Shown here piece by piece: positions 36,992 through 47,094 of a stretch of DNA of 64,000 nucleotides (positions are counted from its first letter, which is position 1; each line of letters starts with the position of its first letter). The DNA is taken from NCBI GenBank assembly GCA_046262595.1, contig JBHEMM010000002.1, positions 31,701 through 95,700 on the forward strand, given 5' to 3'. The notes under the pieces were generated by a model. That model was not told where the DNA came from, ran no database searches, and saw only the letters and a program-made list of their open reading frames with translations. The position numbers were made by a program, and so were the translations under genes. This DNA comes from Vulcanimicrobiaceae bacterium (lineage in GTDB: Bacteria; Vulcanimicrobiota; Vulcanimicrobiia; Vulcanimicrobiales; Vulcanimicrobiaceae).

Positions 36992-37708
36992 ATGTATACG
37001 CAATCTGCAAAATATTACGACGCGCTTTACCGTGCGCTCGGAAAAGATTACCAACAGGAAGCGGTCGTCATCGAGCGTATCGCCGCGGAGCGCTGCCGCT
37101 CGGGCGGAAACGATCTGCTCGACGCAGGCTGCGGGACCGGCGCGCACATGCAAGCGTTATCCGCCCGCTTCGCGTGCGACGGGCTCGATGTGAACCGTTC
37201 CATGCTGGACATCGCGCGCGCCCGCAATCCGGATTCGCAATTTTTCGAAGCAGACATGATTGGCTTCAACTTGGGCAAGAAGTACGACGTCATCACCTGC
37301 CTGTTCGGCTCCATCGGCTATCTGCCGAACATGCAGCGGCTCGAACAAACGCTGCAGACCTTTGCCCGTCATCTCAAACCAGGCGGCGCCGTCATTATCG
37401 AGCCGTGGATACTTCCGGCTCAGTGGCGCGACGGACACGTGAGCGCGCTGTATGTCGACGAGCCCGAGCTCAAAGTTGCGCGCATGAGCGTCTCGCGACG
37501 CGACGGCAGCGTCTCCATTCTGAACTTCCATTATATGGTGGCATCCACCGACGGCATCCGCACGTTCACCGAAGCGCACCGGCTCACGCTATTCACCGCC
37601 GAACAATACGGCGAAGCGTTCCGCCGCGCGGGTTTGTTCTTCGAGTTTTCCGAGGACGGCATCACGCCCGGACGCGGCTTGTACGTGGGGTTTTCGCGTC
37701 CGCTGTAA
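36992..37708 (+). CDS. Class I SAM-dependent methyltransferase
   Basis: The start is an internal ATG at 36992 (MYTQSAKYYDALY). The SAM motif is LLDAGCGTGAH, with a C-terminal dimerisation-like region as in sugar N-methyltransferases. Confidence 0.8.
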   Translation: MYTQSAKYYDALYRALGKDYQQEAVVIERIAAERCRSGGNDLLDAGCGTGAHMQALSARFACDGLDVNRSMLDIARARNPDSQFFEADMIGFNLGKKYDVITCLFGSIGYLPNMQRLEQTLQTFARHLKPGGAVIIEPWILPAQWRDGHVSALYVDEPELKVARMSVSRRDGSVSILNFHYMVASTDGIRTFTEAHRLTLFTAEQYGEAFRRAGLFFEFSEDGITPGRGLYVGFSRPL

Positions 37709-37759
37709 CGTCTTTTGTCGCAGGGACCGAGCGGGCAAGGGTTAATCACAAGCCCTCAT

Positions 37760-39277
37760 ATGCTATTACAACGCGTTAAGCCGCTCGCGACCATCCTCGC
37801 CGAGGGCGCCGACCACGAGCACGGGCTGAAACGATCGCTGGGGCCATGGGCGCTGACGGCCATGGGCATCGGCGCGATCATCGGTACCGGAATCTTCGTT
37901 CTAACGGGCGTGGCATCCGCAACCCGCGCGGGCCCGTCGATCACGATCTCTTTTGTTGTCGCCGGCATCGTCAGTGCGCTCGCGGCGCTCTGCTACGCCG
38001 AAGTTTCGAGCAAAATTCCGATCTCGGGCAGCGCCTACACATACACATACGCGACGTTGGGCGAATTTTTGGCATGGATCATCGGCTGGGATCTGGTGCT
38101 CGAATATGCGCTCGGTGCGGCGACGGTGAGCATCGGCTGGTCCGGCTACTTCGTGAACATTCTGCATCAAACGGGCGTGAGCTGGCTGAACATCTCGCCG
38201 ATGTGGGCGAACGGGCCGCATTGGGGCCTCGCGGGCCAAGCCGGCGTCTCCGGTCATGCGAATCTTCCCGCCGCGGGCATTATTTTGATCATCACGGCGC
38301 TGCTCGCGCGCGGCACGCGCGAATCCGGCTCGGTGAACGCGGTGATCGTCGCAATCAAACTGCTTATCGTCGCGTTTTTCATCATCGTCGGTTTGGGCCA
38401 CATCAACGGCGCGAACTATCACCTGCCGGCCGGCGGATCCGCGGGCATGGGCGGTTATTTCCCGTTCGGCGTCAGCGGCATGCTCGGCGGCGCGGCGTTC
38501 ATCTTCTTCGCGTACATCGGGTTTGACGCCGTCTCCACCACCGCCGAAGAAGCAAAAAACCCCGGCAAGGATTTGCCTTTCGGCATCATCATGAGCTTGC
38601 TCGTCTGCACGGTGCTGTACATCATCGTGGTTGCGATTTTGAACGGCATGGTGCCGTTCTATAAATTGAACGTCGCATTCCCCGTCGCGTTCGCGATGAA
38701 CTACGTGGGCTTAGCGTGGGCCGGTGTGGTTATTTCGCTCGGGGCAATTGCCGGCTTGACCACGGTGCTGCTCGTCATGATGTTCGGACAGAGCCGGGTC
38801 TGGTTCGCAATGGCGCGCGATCGTCTGATTCCGCCGTCGTTCAACCGCGTGCACGCGACGTGGCGCACGCCGGTCTATTCGACGGTATTCTTCGGCGTGC
38901 TGATTGCCATCGTGGCGGCGCTCACGCCGATTAACATCGTCGGCTCGCTCGTGAACATGGGCACGTTGTTCGCGTTCATCCTGGTGTCCATCGCCGTGCC
39001 CGTGCTTCGGGCGAAGCATCCCGGACTCAAGGGACAATTTACGGTACCTTTCGGGCCGTATGTAATCCCCATACTCTCGGCGATCACGGCTGTCGGATTG
39101 ATCTACTACTTACGCAACGGCAATCCGCTCCTGTGGAATTTCTTTCCGCTGGTGTGGTTTGCGTTCATCGTCTGGCTGGTGATCGGGCTGATCTTCTACT
39201 TCAGTTACGGGCGGAATAAGAGCACCGTCGCATTGGAAGAATCCGGACTCCTTACCTCAACGCCGCCCGTGAACTAA
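37760..39277 (+). CDS. APC-family amino acid permease (cationic amino acid transporter-like)
   Basis: LKRSLGPWALTAMGIGAIIGTGIF and SGSAYTYTYATLGEFLAWIIGWDLVLEY are present, with about 14 hydrophobic segments. The start is either ATG 37760 or 37715. Confidence 0.9.
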   Translation: MLLQRVKPLATILAEGADHEHGLKRSLGPWALTAMGIGAIIGTGIFVLTGVASATRAGPSITISFVVAGIVSALAALCYAEVSSKIPISGSAYTYTYATLGEFLAWIIGWDLVLEYALGAATVSIGWSGYFVNILHQTGVSWLNISPMWANGPHWGLAGQAGVSGHANLPAAGIILIITALLARGTRESGSVNAVIVAIKLLIVAFFIIVGLGHINGANYHLPAGGSAGMGGYFPFGVSGMLGGAAFIFFAYIGFDAVSTTAEEAKNPGKDLPFGIIMSLLVCTVLYIIVVAILNGMVPFYKLNVAFPVAFAMNYVGLAWAGVVISLGAIAGLTTVLLVMMFGQSRVWFAMARDRLIPPSFNRVHATWRTPVYSTVFFGVLIAIVAALTPINIVGSLVNMGTLFAFILVSIAVPVLRAKHPGLKGQFTVPFGPYVIPILSAITAVGLIYYLRNGNPLLWNFFPLVWFAFIVWLVIGLIFYFSYGRNKSTVALEESGLLTSTPPVN

Positions 39278-39292
39278 CGGCGGCTTAGCGCC

Positions 39293-39325
39293 AAAGGCGG
39301 CTGCGTTTACGCAGCCGCCTTTTTG
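39293..39325 (+). terminator. Rho-independent terminator (hairpin plus T-tract), possibly bidirectional
   Basis: The stem GGCGGCTGCG (39296-39305) pairs with CGCAGCCGCC (39310-39319) around the loop TTTA, followed by TTTTTGTTT. It lies between convergent genes, and its 3' arm overlaps the last codons of 39307..39669. Confidence 0.8.
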
Positions 39326-39669
39326 TTTATCGCGTCGGCAAGCGCGCGCGCATCTTCGCCCGCGTCCGGCTGAACGATGATCTTGCGGTAGGTTTCGTGC
39401 GTCGTGTCGATCACCAAACAGCCGCGCCCGCTGCCGTAGTCCAAAAAAGCGAGGCCGCCGTCGACCCAAAACGTGCCGGCCATCTTTAAGCCGGGCGCAT
39501 TCGTCCCGATGATCTTGCCCCACAGATGTCCGAGCGCCGATTCATCTTCGGCACGCGCGCCCGTGATATGCGCAAACGGCACGCGGAGCGAGCCGTGAAA
39601 CGTGAGCACTGTCTCGAGCAGCGAAAGCTGAATCGAAACGGCTTCGTCGTCCATACTAACTTTTGCCAT
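39307..39669 (-). CDS. Hypothetical cytoplasmic protein
   Basis: 120-aa ORF lying 30 nt downstream of the hydantoinase-like gene on the same strand. I recognise no family. Confidence 0.55.
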   Translation of the reverse strand: MAKVSMDDEAVSIQLSLLETVLTFHGSLRVPFAHITGARAEDESALGHLWGKIIGTNAPGLKMAGTFWVDGGLAFLDYGSGRGCLVIDTTHETYRKIIVQPDAGEDARALADAINKKAAA

Positions 39670-39699
39670 ATGATGCGCTACCCAAACGCTCGGGAAAGG

Positions 39700-41811
39700 T
39701 TACGCCGGGCGGCGAGACGTGATGACGACCACGGCATCGGATGGCGCGCGTCCGGTGAGCTCCTCTTGCGCGAGTGCCAGCGCCTGATCGATGGAGCCGA
39801 GGCCGCTGAAATCGGCAATGCGCGCACCGTGCAAGACATAGAGCTCGGGAAGCGCGCGCCCGACGTCGCCGAAGGACGTCTCCGCCTCGACGGCACCGCG
39901 CAGAACCTGCAAAGCGCTGCCGGCGTCCGCGCCGCGCACGACGGCATCGCGCAGTGCAAGCCGCCCTACCCCCGATGGATCGAGCACGCGCAGATCGCTC
40001 CGTTTGCCGCGCGCGGCTTCGAAAACCGTAAGGCGTCCGGCGGCGCCGGCGACGCGTACGTCCGCTTGCGGTACGCGCATCAGGCGCGCGGCAATCGCAG
40101 CGAGTTCTTGCACGGACCGATCCGGCTGCGCGGATGACTCCGCGATCTCCGCCGCGCCCGACGCGGTTGCGCGAACGATATTGCGCTGGGTGTCGATTTC
40201 CACGGCAACCTGTACGCGTTCGGGCGCGGCGCCGGCGGCGATGACCGCGTCCTGCGCTTCCCGGCGGATGCGCAAAATGTCTTGTGGCGCGGGATTCACG
40301 ATTGTTCGTTCGACGACTTCGCGCACGAGTGCGAGCGCGACGCCGACGGGGGAAATCACTTCGGCGTCTCGCGCCAGGCGGAACTCGAGCCGGGCCGCTT
40401 TGGCCGCGTAGGGAACCAGCGCCGCAGCGCCGCCTCCACCGCCGACGACGACCAGCGTCTCTCGATCAAGCGCGTAATCGGCGATGAGCTCTTCGACTGC
40501 GGCGTTGACCTTTGCGGCCGCAATGTCGAGCAGCGAGCGCGCGACGCCGTCCGTGTCGGCATCGAGCGAATTCGCGAGCGTCTCGAATGCGCGGCGCGCC
40601 GACACGGCATTCCCTGCAGCAAACGCGCCGGCGGGAACGAAGCCGAGCATGTTCGCGGCACACGTCGGCGTGACCGCTACGCGTATGCCGTTCGCGCAGC
40701 GCAGCACGGCATAATCGGCGGGGTCGTGCGCCGAAGGCTGAATCTTCTCCACACGCGCGCCATCGAGCAGCGCCGGCTCCACGAAGCTCGCATACTTGCA
40801 TCCGGCGATATGCGCGGAGCGTGGACCAACGTCCACGATTCCGCGCGCGGTGACGCGCGGCATGCTGCCGCCGGCGATCGCAAGCGTGCGCACGTCGAGC
40901 GTGCGCAGCATCGTGCGGTGACCGCCCACGCGCGCGGGACGCATCTGCGGCATTCCCGCGCGAATGGCGCTGCAATCCGAACTGGTCCCGCCGACTTCGA
41001 TGAAGATGCCGTCCGTAACGTTCTCGTGCAGCAGCGCGCCCGCCACGCCGGCCGCGGGACCGGAAAGCAGCGTGAGAATCGGGCGGCGCTGCATCTCGCG
41101 CACGTCCATCACCCCGCCGTCGCTGCGCATGATCATCAGCGGCACGGCGATCGCGGCTTGCTGCACGGCGTCTTGCGTCATCTGCGCGGTTTTGATCATC
41201 TTGGGCAGGATCGCCGCATTGAGCGCAGCCGTTCGCGTGCGCGCGCGCAAGCCGTACATTGAGCTCACGTCGTGCCCGCAGGTCGCTTCCAAGCCAACTG
41301 TTCGCGCGGCCTGCACGGCAACGTCCTCATCGCCGGGCCGGTCAACGCCGAACGCCTGCGAAACCGCAACCACTTGCGCGCCGTGCGCTTTCAACTGCCC
41401 GAGCGCCGCGTCGAGCGCGCCGGCGCCGCGCCCCTTCGCAAACGCGAAGTGCGATTGGAACGGCACGCCCGGCGCCAGTTCGAACGGGGGGAAACGCATT
41501 TGCAAGCGCGCGAGCGGCGCCAGCGTGCTTGCCAAACCCAAAACCCCGACGCAAGCAACGTCGCCTTCCAGCAGCGCGTTCGTCGCTTGCGTCGTGGAAT
41601 GTGCGATAAACGCAACGTCTGCCGGCGCGATGCCGTGCTGCTCGAACAGCGCGCAAATGCCGGCGACGATGCCGGCGGCAACGCCTTCGGGCGCGTCATG
41701 CGTCGTCGGCACCTTCACCTGGGCGATCAACGTGCGTTCTTTTGCATCGATGACGACGACGTCCGTGAACGTTCCGCCGACGTCGATGCCGAGGCGCAGT
41801 TTGCCGCTCAC
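39700..41811 (-). CDS. Hydantoinase/oxoprolinase (HyuA-type, ATP-dependent) family protein
   Basis: The N-terminal LGIDVGGTFTDVV and later SDGGVM and IEVGGTSSD are ASKHA-fold motifs of hydantoinase A. The GTG start forms a GTGA overlap with the upstream stop. Confidence 0.8.
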   Translation of the reverse strand: MSGKLRLGIDVGGTFTDVVVIDAKERTLIAQVKVPTTHDAPEGVAAGIVAGICALFEQHGIAPADVAFIAHSTTQATNALLEGDVACVGVLGLASTLAPLARLQMRFPPFELAPGVPFQSHFAFAKGRGAGALDAALGQLKAHGAQVVAVSQAFGVDRPGDEDVAVQAARTVGLEATCGHDVSSMYGLRARTRTAALNAAILPKMIKTAQMTQDAVQQAAIAVPLMIMRSDGGVMDVREMQRRPILTLLSGPAAGVAGALLHENVTDGIFIEVGGTSSDCSAIRAGMPQMRPARVGGHRTMLRTLDVRTLAIAGGSMPRVTARGIVDVGPRSAHIAGCKYASFVEPALLDGARVEKIQPSAHDPADYAVLRCANGIRVAVTPTCAANMLGFVPAGAFAAGNAVSARRAFETLANSLDADTDGVARSLLDIAAAKVNAAVEELIADYALDRETLVVVGGGGGAAALVPYAAKAARLEFRLARDAEVISPVGVALALVREVVERTIVNPAPQDILRIRREAQDAVIAAGAAPERVQVAVEIDTQRNIVRATASGAAEIAESSAQPDRSVQELAAIAARLMRVPQADVRVAGAAGRLTVFEAARGKRSDLRVLDPSGVGRLALRDAVVRGADAGSALQVLRGAVEAETSFGDVGRALPELYVLHGARIADFSGLGSIDQALALAQEELTGRAPSDAVVVITSRRPA

Positions 41812-43190
41812 CGCGGCAGCGTTGCGAGCTCGTCGTACAAAGCGCAGATCGTTTTTATACCTCCGAAAAATTGTGAGAGCGTGAACTTCTCGTTCGGAGC
41901 GTGGATGCGGTCGTCGGGAAGGCCGACGCCGATCAGCACCTGCGGCATCCCTAAGATGCGATCGAAGCTCGCGACCGGACCGATCGTTCCGCCGGTGCCG
42001 ATGAACACCGGCTTTTTGCCGAAGCCCGATTCCATGGCGCGCGCCGCCGCTGCGACGGCAGGATGATCGCGCGAGGTGGAAACGGCGCGTACGTCGCCGC
42101 CTGATTCCACCTCCACGCGCACCGTCGGGGGCGCGATCCGTTTCATATACGTGCTCACGGCGGCTTTAATGCCCACGGGATCTTGATCGCCGACCAGACG
42201 TGCGGAGATCTTGGCCTTGGCGAAGCTGGGCACGATGGTCTTACTGCCCGGCCCTTGATAACCGCCCCAGATCCCGTTGCACTCCAGGGTCGGGCGCAGC
42301 CATTGCCGCTCGAGGGGCATGTAGTCTTGCTCGCCGCCGAGCTTCGCCACGCCCATCGCGCGCGCTTCCTTCGCTTCATCGAGCGGCAGCGAGCGCAACT
42401 GCTCGCGCATCGTTTCATCTGGTTCGATCACGCCCTCGTAGAACCCGGGCACGGTAATGCGCCCGCGCTCGTCTTTGAGCTGCGCGATCAAGCGCGCGAG
42501 CACTTCGATCGGATTGTCGACAATGCCGCCGAAATACCCCGAGTGCAGATCTTCGGCCGGCCCGGTAACAGTAACGTCCCAATGCACCAAACCGCGGATC
42601 GACGTCGTAAGCGACGGAACGTCTTCGGCATACACGGACGTGTCGGAAATGACGGCAAGATCGGCGGCAAGTTCGCTTTCGTAGCGCGCAAGCGCGGTCT
42701 CGAAGTTCGGTGAACCGATCTCTTCTTCGCCTTCAATGACGACCTTGATATTGATCGGCAGAAACCGGCGCGTAGACAAATGCGCCTCGATGGCGGCAAG
42801 GTGCATAAGCACTTGGCCCTTGTCGTCTACCGAACCGCGCCCAAATATTTTTCCGTCGCGCACGCGCCCTTCAAACGGCGGGCTTTCCCAAAGATCGATC
42901 GGATCGACGGGCTGCACGTCGTAGTGCCCGTAAATGAGAGCCGTCGGTTTTCCGGGCGCTTGCAGCCATTCGCCGTAGGCGAGCGGATTGCCGTCCGTCT
43001 CCAAAACGCGCGCACGCAAACCAATCGCGTTCATCCGTTGCACCAGACGCTCACAGCAGCGGCGCACGTCGCTGCGGTAAGCCGGATCGGCGGAGATGGA
43101 GGGGATGGCAATCCACGATTTGAGTTCGTCGAGATGCTGCGTTTCGTGGTCGTCGCAATAGACGCGCAGCGCCGGGTCGATCGGCGTCAT
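41808..43190 (-). CDS. M20-family dipeptidase
   Basis: The start is an internal ATG at 43190 (ATGA overlap). Metal-ligand regions IYGHYDVQP, GRGSVDDKG and IEGEEEIGS are present. Confidence 0.85.
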   Translation of the reverse strand: MTPIDPALRVYCDDHETQHLDELKSWIAIPSISADPAYRSDVRRCCERLVQRMNAIGLRARVLETDGNPLAYGEWLQAPGKPTALIYGHYDVQPVDPIDLWESPPFEGRVRDGKIFGRGSVDDKGQVLMHLAAIEAHLSTRRFLPINIKVVIEGEEEIGSPNFETALARYESELAADLAVISDTSVYAEDVPSLTTSIRGLVHWDVTVTGPAEDLHSGYFGGIVDNPIEVLARLIAQLKDERGRITVPGFYEGVIEPDETMREQLRSLPLDEAKEARAMGVAKLGGEQDYMPLERQWLRPTLECNGIWGGYQGPGSKTIVPSFAKAKISARLVGDQDPVGIKAAVSTYMKRIAPPTVRVEVESGGDVRAVSTSRDHPAVAAAARAMESGFGKKPVFIGTGGTIGPVASFDRILGMPQVLIGVGLPDDRIHAPNEKFTLSQFFGGIKTICALYDELATLPR

Positions 43191-45181
43191 GATGGAAATG
43201 GTTCTCCAAGAGCGATGGTGAGGATGTGTCCGCCGCGATCCACCTCGAACGTGTGCGGCTTGCCGTCGTACGCGCGGGCTTGGGTCTGATAGGTTCCGTA
43301 TTCCCACCAAAAATGCGCGTCAAGTTTATTGACGATGTCGTTGCTGCGCATTCCCGACGCATACGCCGGTCCGCCGGCGCGCACGAACGCCCGCATGTTG
43401 CCGTCGATCGTTTTGAAAAGCGAATAATAATACGTGGGCGGGTCGTCCGCCGCATACGCCAGACCCCGCCCCAGCAAATGATTCCAGCGCTCGGGATTGT
43501 CGCGCCCCCATTCCAATACGCGCACCGCGCCTTGCTCGCCCAGCGTGCGCGCGTCCGCATCGCCCGGCTGCGCGAGAACGGCGTGATCGTGCCATTCGCC
43601 CACGCTCCACCCTCCGCAATCGGCAAGCTGCAGACCGATGTCCAAATCCGTGCCTTCGATCAGCGTGAAGCGCGTTGAAGTGACCGTCAGATACGCCGCA
43701 TACGGTTTGCCGCTGCAGTCGCTCGCGTTCGGATCGGTCTGCAGCGCGAACGGATGCAAACCCGGACGCGCCAGCGCCGCAATCACGGCACCCTGCGCCG
43801 CCCGTGCGTCGCCGCTTGCGTCTGTGCCAACGGCAACGCGTAACGCGGAGCGGGCGGGAGCGAACAACCCGGGAAGCGGTTCGGCGGCACGCGCGGCGGA
43901 AAAAACCGGCGCAAACGGCTGATGCCCGAAAAGCATGCTGCCCGCCGCGACCGTGACGATGCACGCGAGCGTTGCGACCGCAACTTGGTACGGCAACGTG
44001 CGCTTGGTGATTTCTTCGATATGCACGCCAGTGAAGTTCGCAACCCAAACGTTTGCCGTGTTCGTCGGATCGCAAACGTTCTGCACTTGCACGACGGCCA
44101 TCACCGCAGCGACCAGTGCCAATGGCGGCAGCACGTGGGCCGAGAGCAGCACGGTGAAAATCGCGATACCGACGCCGAACGGATTGAGCGGGCCGCGATA
44201 GAGCACCAGCGGGCTGAGCAATCCGAACACAAAAACGAACGCGATGGGATTGCGCAGCACCGGCGTTGCGACCAGCGGCTGCAGCGCGGCCGCAAATTGC
44301 GGCTGCTTCGTCGCCGTGGAGAGCATCCCGATGCCGATGAAGAGCAGCACCGCGGGCGCAACGTCTTCCACGCCGCGGATTGCAGCCGCGACGAGCGTCT
44401 GCACGGCGCGCGAGGGCCGCGTCGCGACCGCGCCGTACACCGCCGAAATGGCGAAGGCCAAAATCGCATCTAGTTTAAAGAAATAGAAAAGCGCTATCGG
44501 CAGCACCGGCGCGAAAAGCGCGAACCACGGCACGCCGGCATCGGTACGTTCCGCTTTGAGCGCGCATGTCGCGTACGCGCGCATCGAGCGGAACGAAACG
44601 GCGCCGTACACCGCGAGTGCGAGCGCGTCGATCGCGCCCAGAATCAACGCGTAGGTTCCCATCTGCTGCTGGGTGACGCCGAAGAGCTGCGTGTAAAGCT
44701 TCCAGATCGCCGGATTATAGATGAAGCCCAGCGCGAACGCCATCAAAAACAGCGTGGCCGCAATTTTGCGCGGAACGCCTGCCGTCATCATGATGGGCAG
44801 CACGATCGAGCCGACCATGATGATTGCACCCAGACCGTAGAGCGACACGAACAAAACCGCGACGGTGATGCAGAGCAAAAAGGCAACCGCGGGAGGCCGC
44901 TCGCCGCCGAACTCCGCGGCGAAGTTCACGATGCTGCGCGCGATCCCGGTGTCCATGGTCACGCGCCCAAGCAGCGCGCCGAACATGACGGTGACGAAGA
45001 CCGGCGCGAGCGACCAGGATCCGGCGACGACGATGCTTCCGACGCCGGCAAGCGGAACGCCCGCCGCGAACGCCATGACGATGGCCATCAGCGGCACCGC
45101 CAGAAGCGCCGGCGTGATGCGGAAATACATGAGCGCGGCAAATGCGATAAAGACCGCAAGCACCAGCGCCGCAGCGATCAC
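43187..45181 (-). CDS. Ion-transporter-superfamily (GntP/CitMHS-like) permease fused to a ~230-aa soluble C-terminal region ending in a PDZ-like segment
   Basis: GTG 45181 forms a GTGA overlap with the GH20 stop. About 430 aa of TM helices are followed by a hydrophilic domain (RVAVGTDASGD...GGPAYASGMRSNDIVNKLDA...). The longer ORF to 45877 lies inside the GH20 gene. Confidence 0.7.
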   Translation of the reverse strand: MIAAALVLAVFIAFAALMYFRITPALLAVPLMAIVMAFAAGVPLAGVGSIVVAGSWSLAPVFVTVMFGALLGRVTMDTGIARSIVNFAAEFGGERPPAVAFLLCITVAVLFVSLYGLGAIIMVGSIVLPIMMTAGVPRKIAATLFLMAFALGFIYNPAIWKLYTQLFGVTQQQMGTYALILGAIDALALAVYGAVSFRSMRAYATCALKAERTDAGVPWFALFAPVLPIALFYFFKLDAILAFAISAVYGAVATRPSRAVQTLVAAAIRGVEDVAPAVLLFIGIGMLSTATKQPQFAAALQPLVATPVLRNPIAFVFVFGLLSPLVLYRGPLNPFGVGIAIFTVLLSAHVLPPLALVAAVMAVVQVQNVCDPTNTANVWVANFTGVHIEEITKRTLPYQVAVATLACIVTVAAGSMLFGHQPFAPVFSAARAAEPLPGLFAPARSALRVAVGTDASGDARAAQGAVIAALARPGLHPFALQTDPNASDCSGKPYAAYLTVTSTRFTLIEGTDLDIGLQLADCGGWSVGEWHDHAVLAQPGDADARTLGEQGAVRVLEWGRDNPERWNHLLGRGLAYAADDPPTYYYSLFKTIDGNMRAFVRAGGPAYASGMRSNDIVNKLDAHFWWEYGTYQTQARAYDGKPHTFEVDRGGHILTIALGEPFPS

Positions 45182-47094
45182 GGGCGCAGAATCTCCTCGA
45201 GGGGCGGCATCGTCTTCGTGGCGTCTTGGTTGAGCATCGCCTCGAACACGCGATCGGCGCGCGCGATATTCTGCTGCGCCGCGGCGTGGTACCGCTCCAC
45301 GTTCGATTGCAGACCGCTCTCGCGGTTTTCGTACCGCCAAGCCGCTGCATAAAGCGGCGCAAGCTCTTCGTACGCATCGCGCATTTCCCAGAACCAGTAC
45401 TTGGCCCACGTCGAGCCGCGGCTGCCCTTGCCGTAATAGACGTCGCGGATCTCGCTTGCCGCTTGAAATTTGCGGCCAATGAAATCGTACTCCCGTGCAG
45501 CTAAAAACATGACGCGTGCGGCATTGGGGTGCAGCGGCGGCCGGTCCGCAAGCAGATGTTCCTGCACCCGCTCGGCCTCCAGGCGCAGCGCGCTGACGTC
45601 GATGGTCTTCATATGCTTCTGGAATAGCGCCCCGAACGGGTCCGCCCAAAGCAGATAATGGCTCGTGTAACCGTACGAGTCGGCCATGCGGCTCTGAATA
45701 TCCGCAAGGGCGGCAACGTCTTTGCCGTAACGCGCATCGTTTACGCCGAAAAACGTTTGCGGAAAATCGGCTCGATAGCGCGCCGGATCCGTCGTGCCGC
45801 GTTCCCATGCCGCAACGCCGGCGTAGAGCACCGGGTACCACGTCGCCTCGAAGAGCGACTCTCCGTCGTCGTGCCACACCGTCTGGAACAACCCCAGCAC
45901 ACGCGCATTTTTTCCTTCGCCGATGAACGTGGATTCGTTGGAAAGCGCCGTTTCGATGTCGGGATAGATTTGATTCCAGTTCGAGTCACCGGGCGACACC
46001 ATCTGATCGAATCCGCCGCGCGCGATCAAATCAATGTACCGCTTAAACGACCGATCGTTGCCGTAATGCCAGTTGACCACCACCGCATCGCGCGGAATCA
46101 GCTGCATGATTCGCGGATCGTTTTCGATTCCGTCGTCCCAGAGCATCGTTCGCGCGCCCGACGGGCGCACGATCGCATCCACTTGCCGGATGTGCTCGGC
46201 GTAGAGCGCCGTCAGCCCGCGCTTGTCCGCAAGCGCCTTGCTCAACCCTTGCCCGAGCGAAGACGTTTCATCGGAACCAATGTGAACAAACGGCGGGTGC
46301 GGCACGGCTGCGAGCTCGGCGTCGATGAGGCGCCGGACGTACGGAATGGTAAGCGGCGATGCGGGGCTGAGCAAAAAGGAATGCGGCTGTTCGGCCGCCG
46401 CCGCATATTTCTCGTAACGCAGCGTGTTGTGCATGTGCGCGAACGTTTGCTGCTCGGGGATAAGGCTGACGTGAAACCGCGCCGCGTATTGCGCGAGCTC
46501 CCGCAGCTGCGCCGGCGTGATCCCATCTAACGGCGCAGGCAGCGCGTCGCCGGGCGCCGCGAAAACTTGTTCCATGTACGGCGAATAGCCGTTCATTTTA
46601 AAGGCGGCGATCGTGCGGATGCGCTCTTTGAAATAGCGCATGTTCGGCAGCGGCCCGCGCGAAACGTCGTCGGAGAGCACGCGCCAACGCAGCGCCGGCG
46701 CATCGGAGATACGAACGCACGGCAGCGTCCAGCCGTGCGCCGCGCGCACGGGGAGCTGTGCGAGCGTCATCGCCGCATAAAACGCGCCGTCGCTTCCGGT
46801 CGCCGCAATGTCGACTGTACCGTCGGCCCCGGTTTGCAGCGAATAGCTTTCGGGTGCGCCGTTCGCATGCCGCACGCGGACATCTGCGGCTGCAACGCCC
46901 GCGTGCCGGAGCGCGCGGATGCCCAGGGCCTTCCAGCGCTCGTTGATTTCCTGGAATGCGCCTGCGTCGAAGTTCCGTGCTACGGTAAGCGGCCGCATAA
47001 AACCGAACGGCCGCGCACAAGAGGTTTGCGTAACCGCGTCCGGCCGCGGCAGCAGGTGCAGCGCGGCAAGGAGCGCCGCGGCAAAAAGCATCAA
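45178..47094 (-). CDS. Glycoside hydrolase family 20 beta-N-acetylhexosaminidase-like, secreted
   Basis: The signal-like N-terminus is MMLFAAALLAALHLL. GH20 segments are RWRVLSDDVSRG, MNGYSPY and the catalytic-pair region FVHIGSDE, plus WHDDGE. Confidence 0.8.
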   Translation of the reverse strand: MMLFAAALLAALHLLPRPDAVTQTSCARPFGFMRPLTVARNFDAGAFQEINERWKALGIRALRHAGVAAADVRVRHANGAPESYSLQTGADGTVDIAATGSDGAFYAAMTLAQLPVRAAHGWTLPCVRISDAPALRWRVLSDDVSRGPLPNMRYFKERIRTIAAFKMNGYSPYMEQVFAAPGDALPAPLDGITPAQLRELAQYAARFHVSLIPEQQTFAHMHNTLRYEKYAAAAEQPHSFLLSPASPLTIPYVRRLIDAELAAVPHPPFVHIGSDETSSLGQGLSKALADKRGLTALYAEHIRQVDAIVRPSGARTMLWDDGIENDPRIMQLIPRDAVVVNWHYGNDRSFKRYIDLIARGGFDQMVSPGDSNWNQIYPDIETALSNESTFIGEGKNARVLGLFQTVWHDDGESLFEATWYPVLYAGVAAWERGTTDPARYRADFPQTFFGVNDARYGKDVAALADIQSRMADSYGYTSHYLLWADPFGALFQKHMKTIDVSALRLEAERVQEHLLADRPPLHPNAARVMFLAAREYDFIGRKFQAASEIRDVYYGKGSRGSTWAKYWFWEMRDAYEELAPLYAAAWRYENRESGLQSNVERYHAAAQQNIARADRVFEAMLNQDATKTMPPLEEILRP

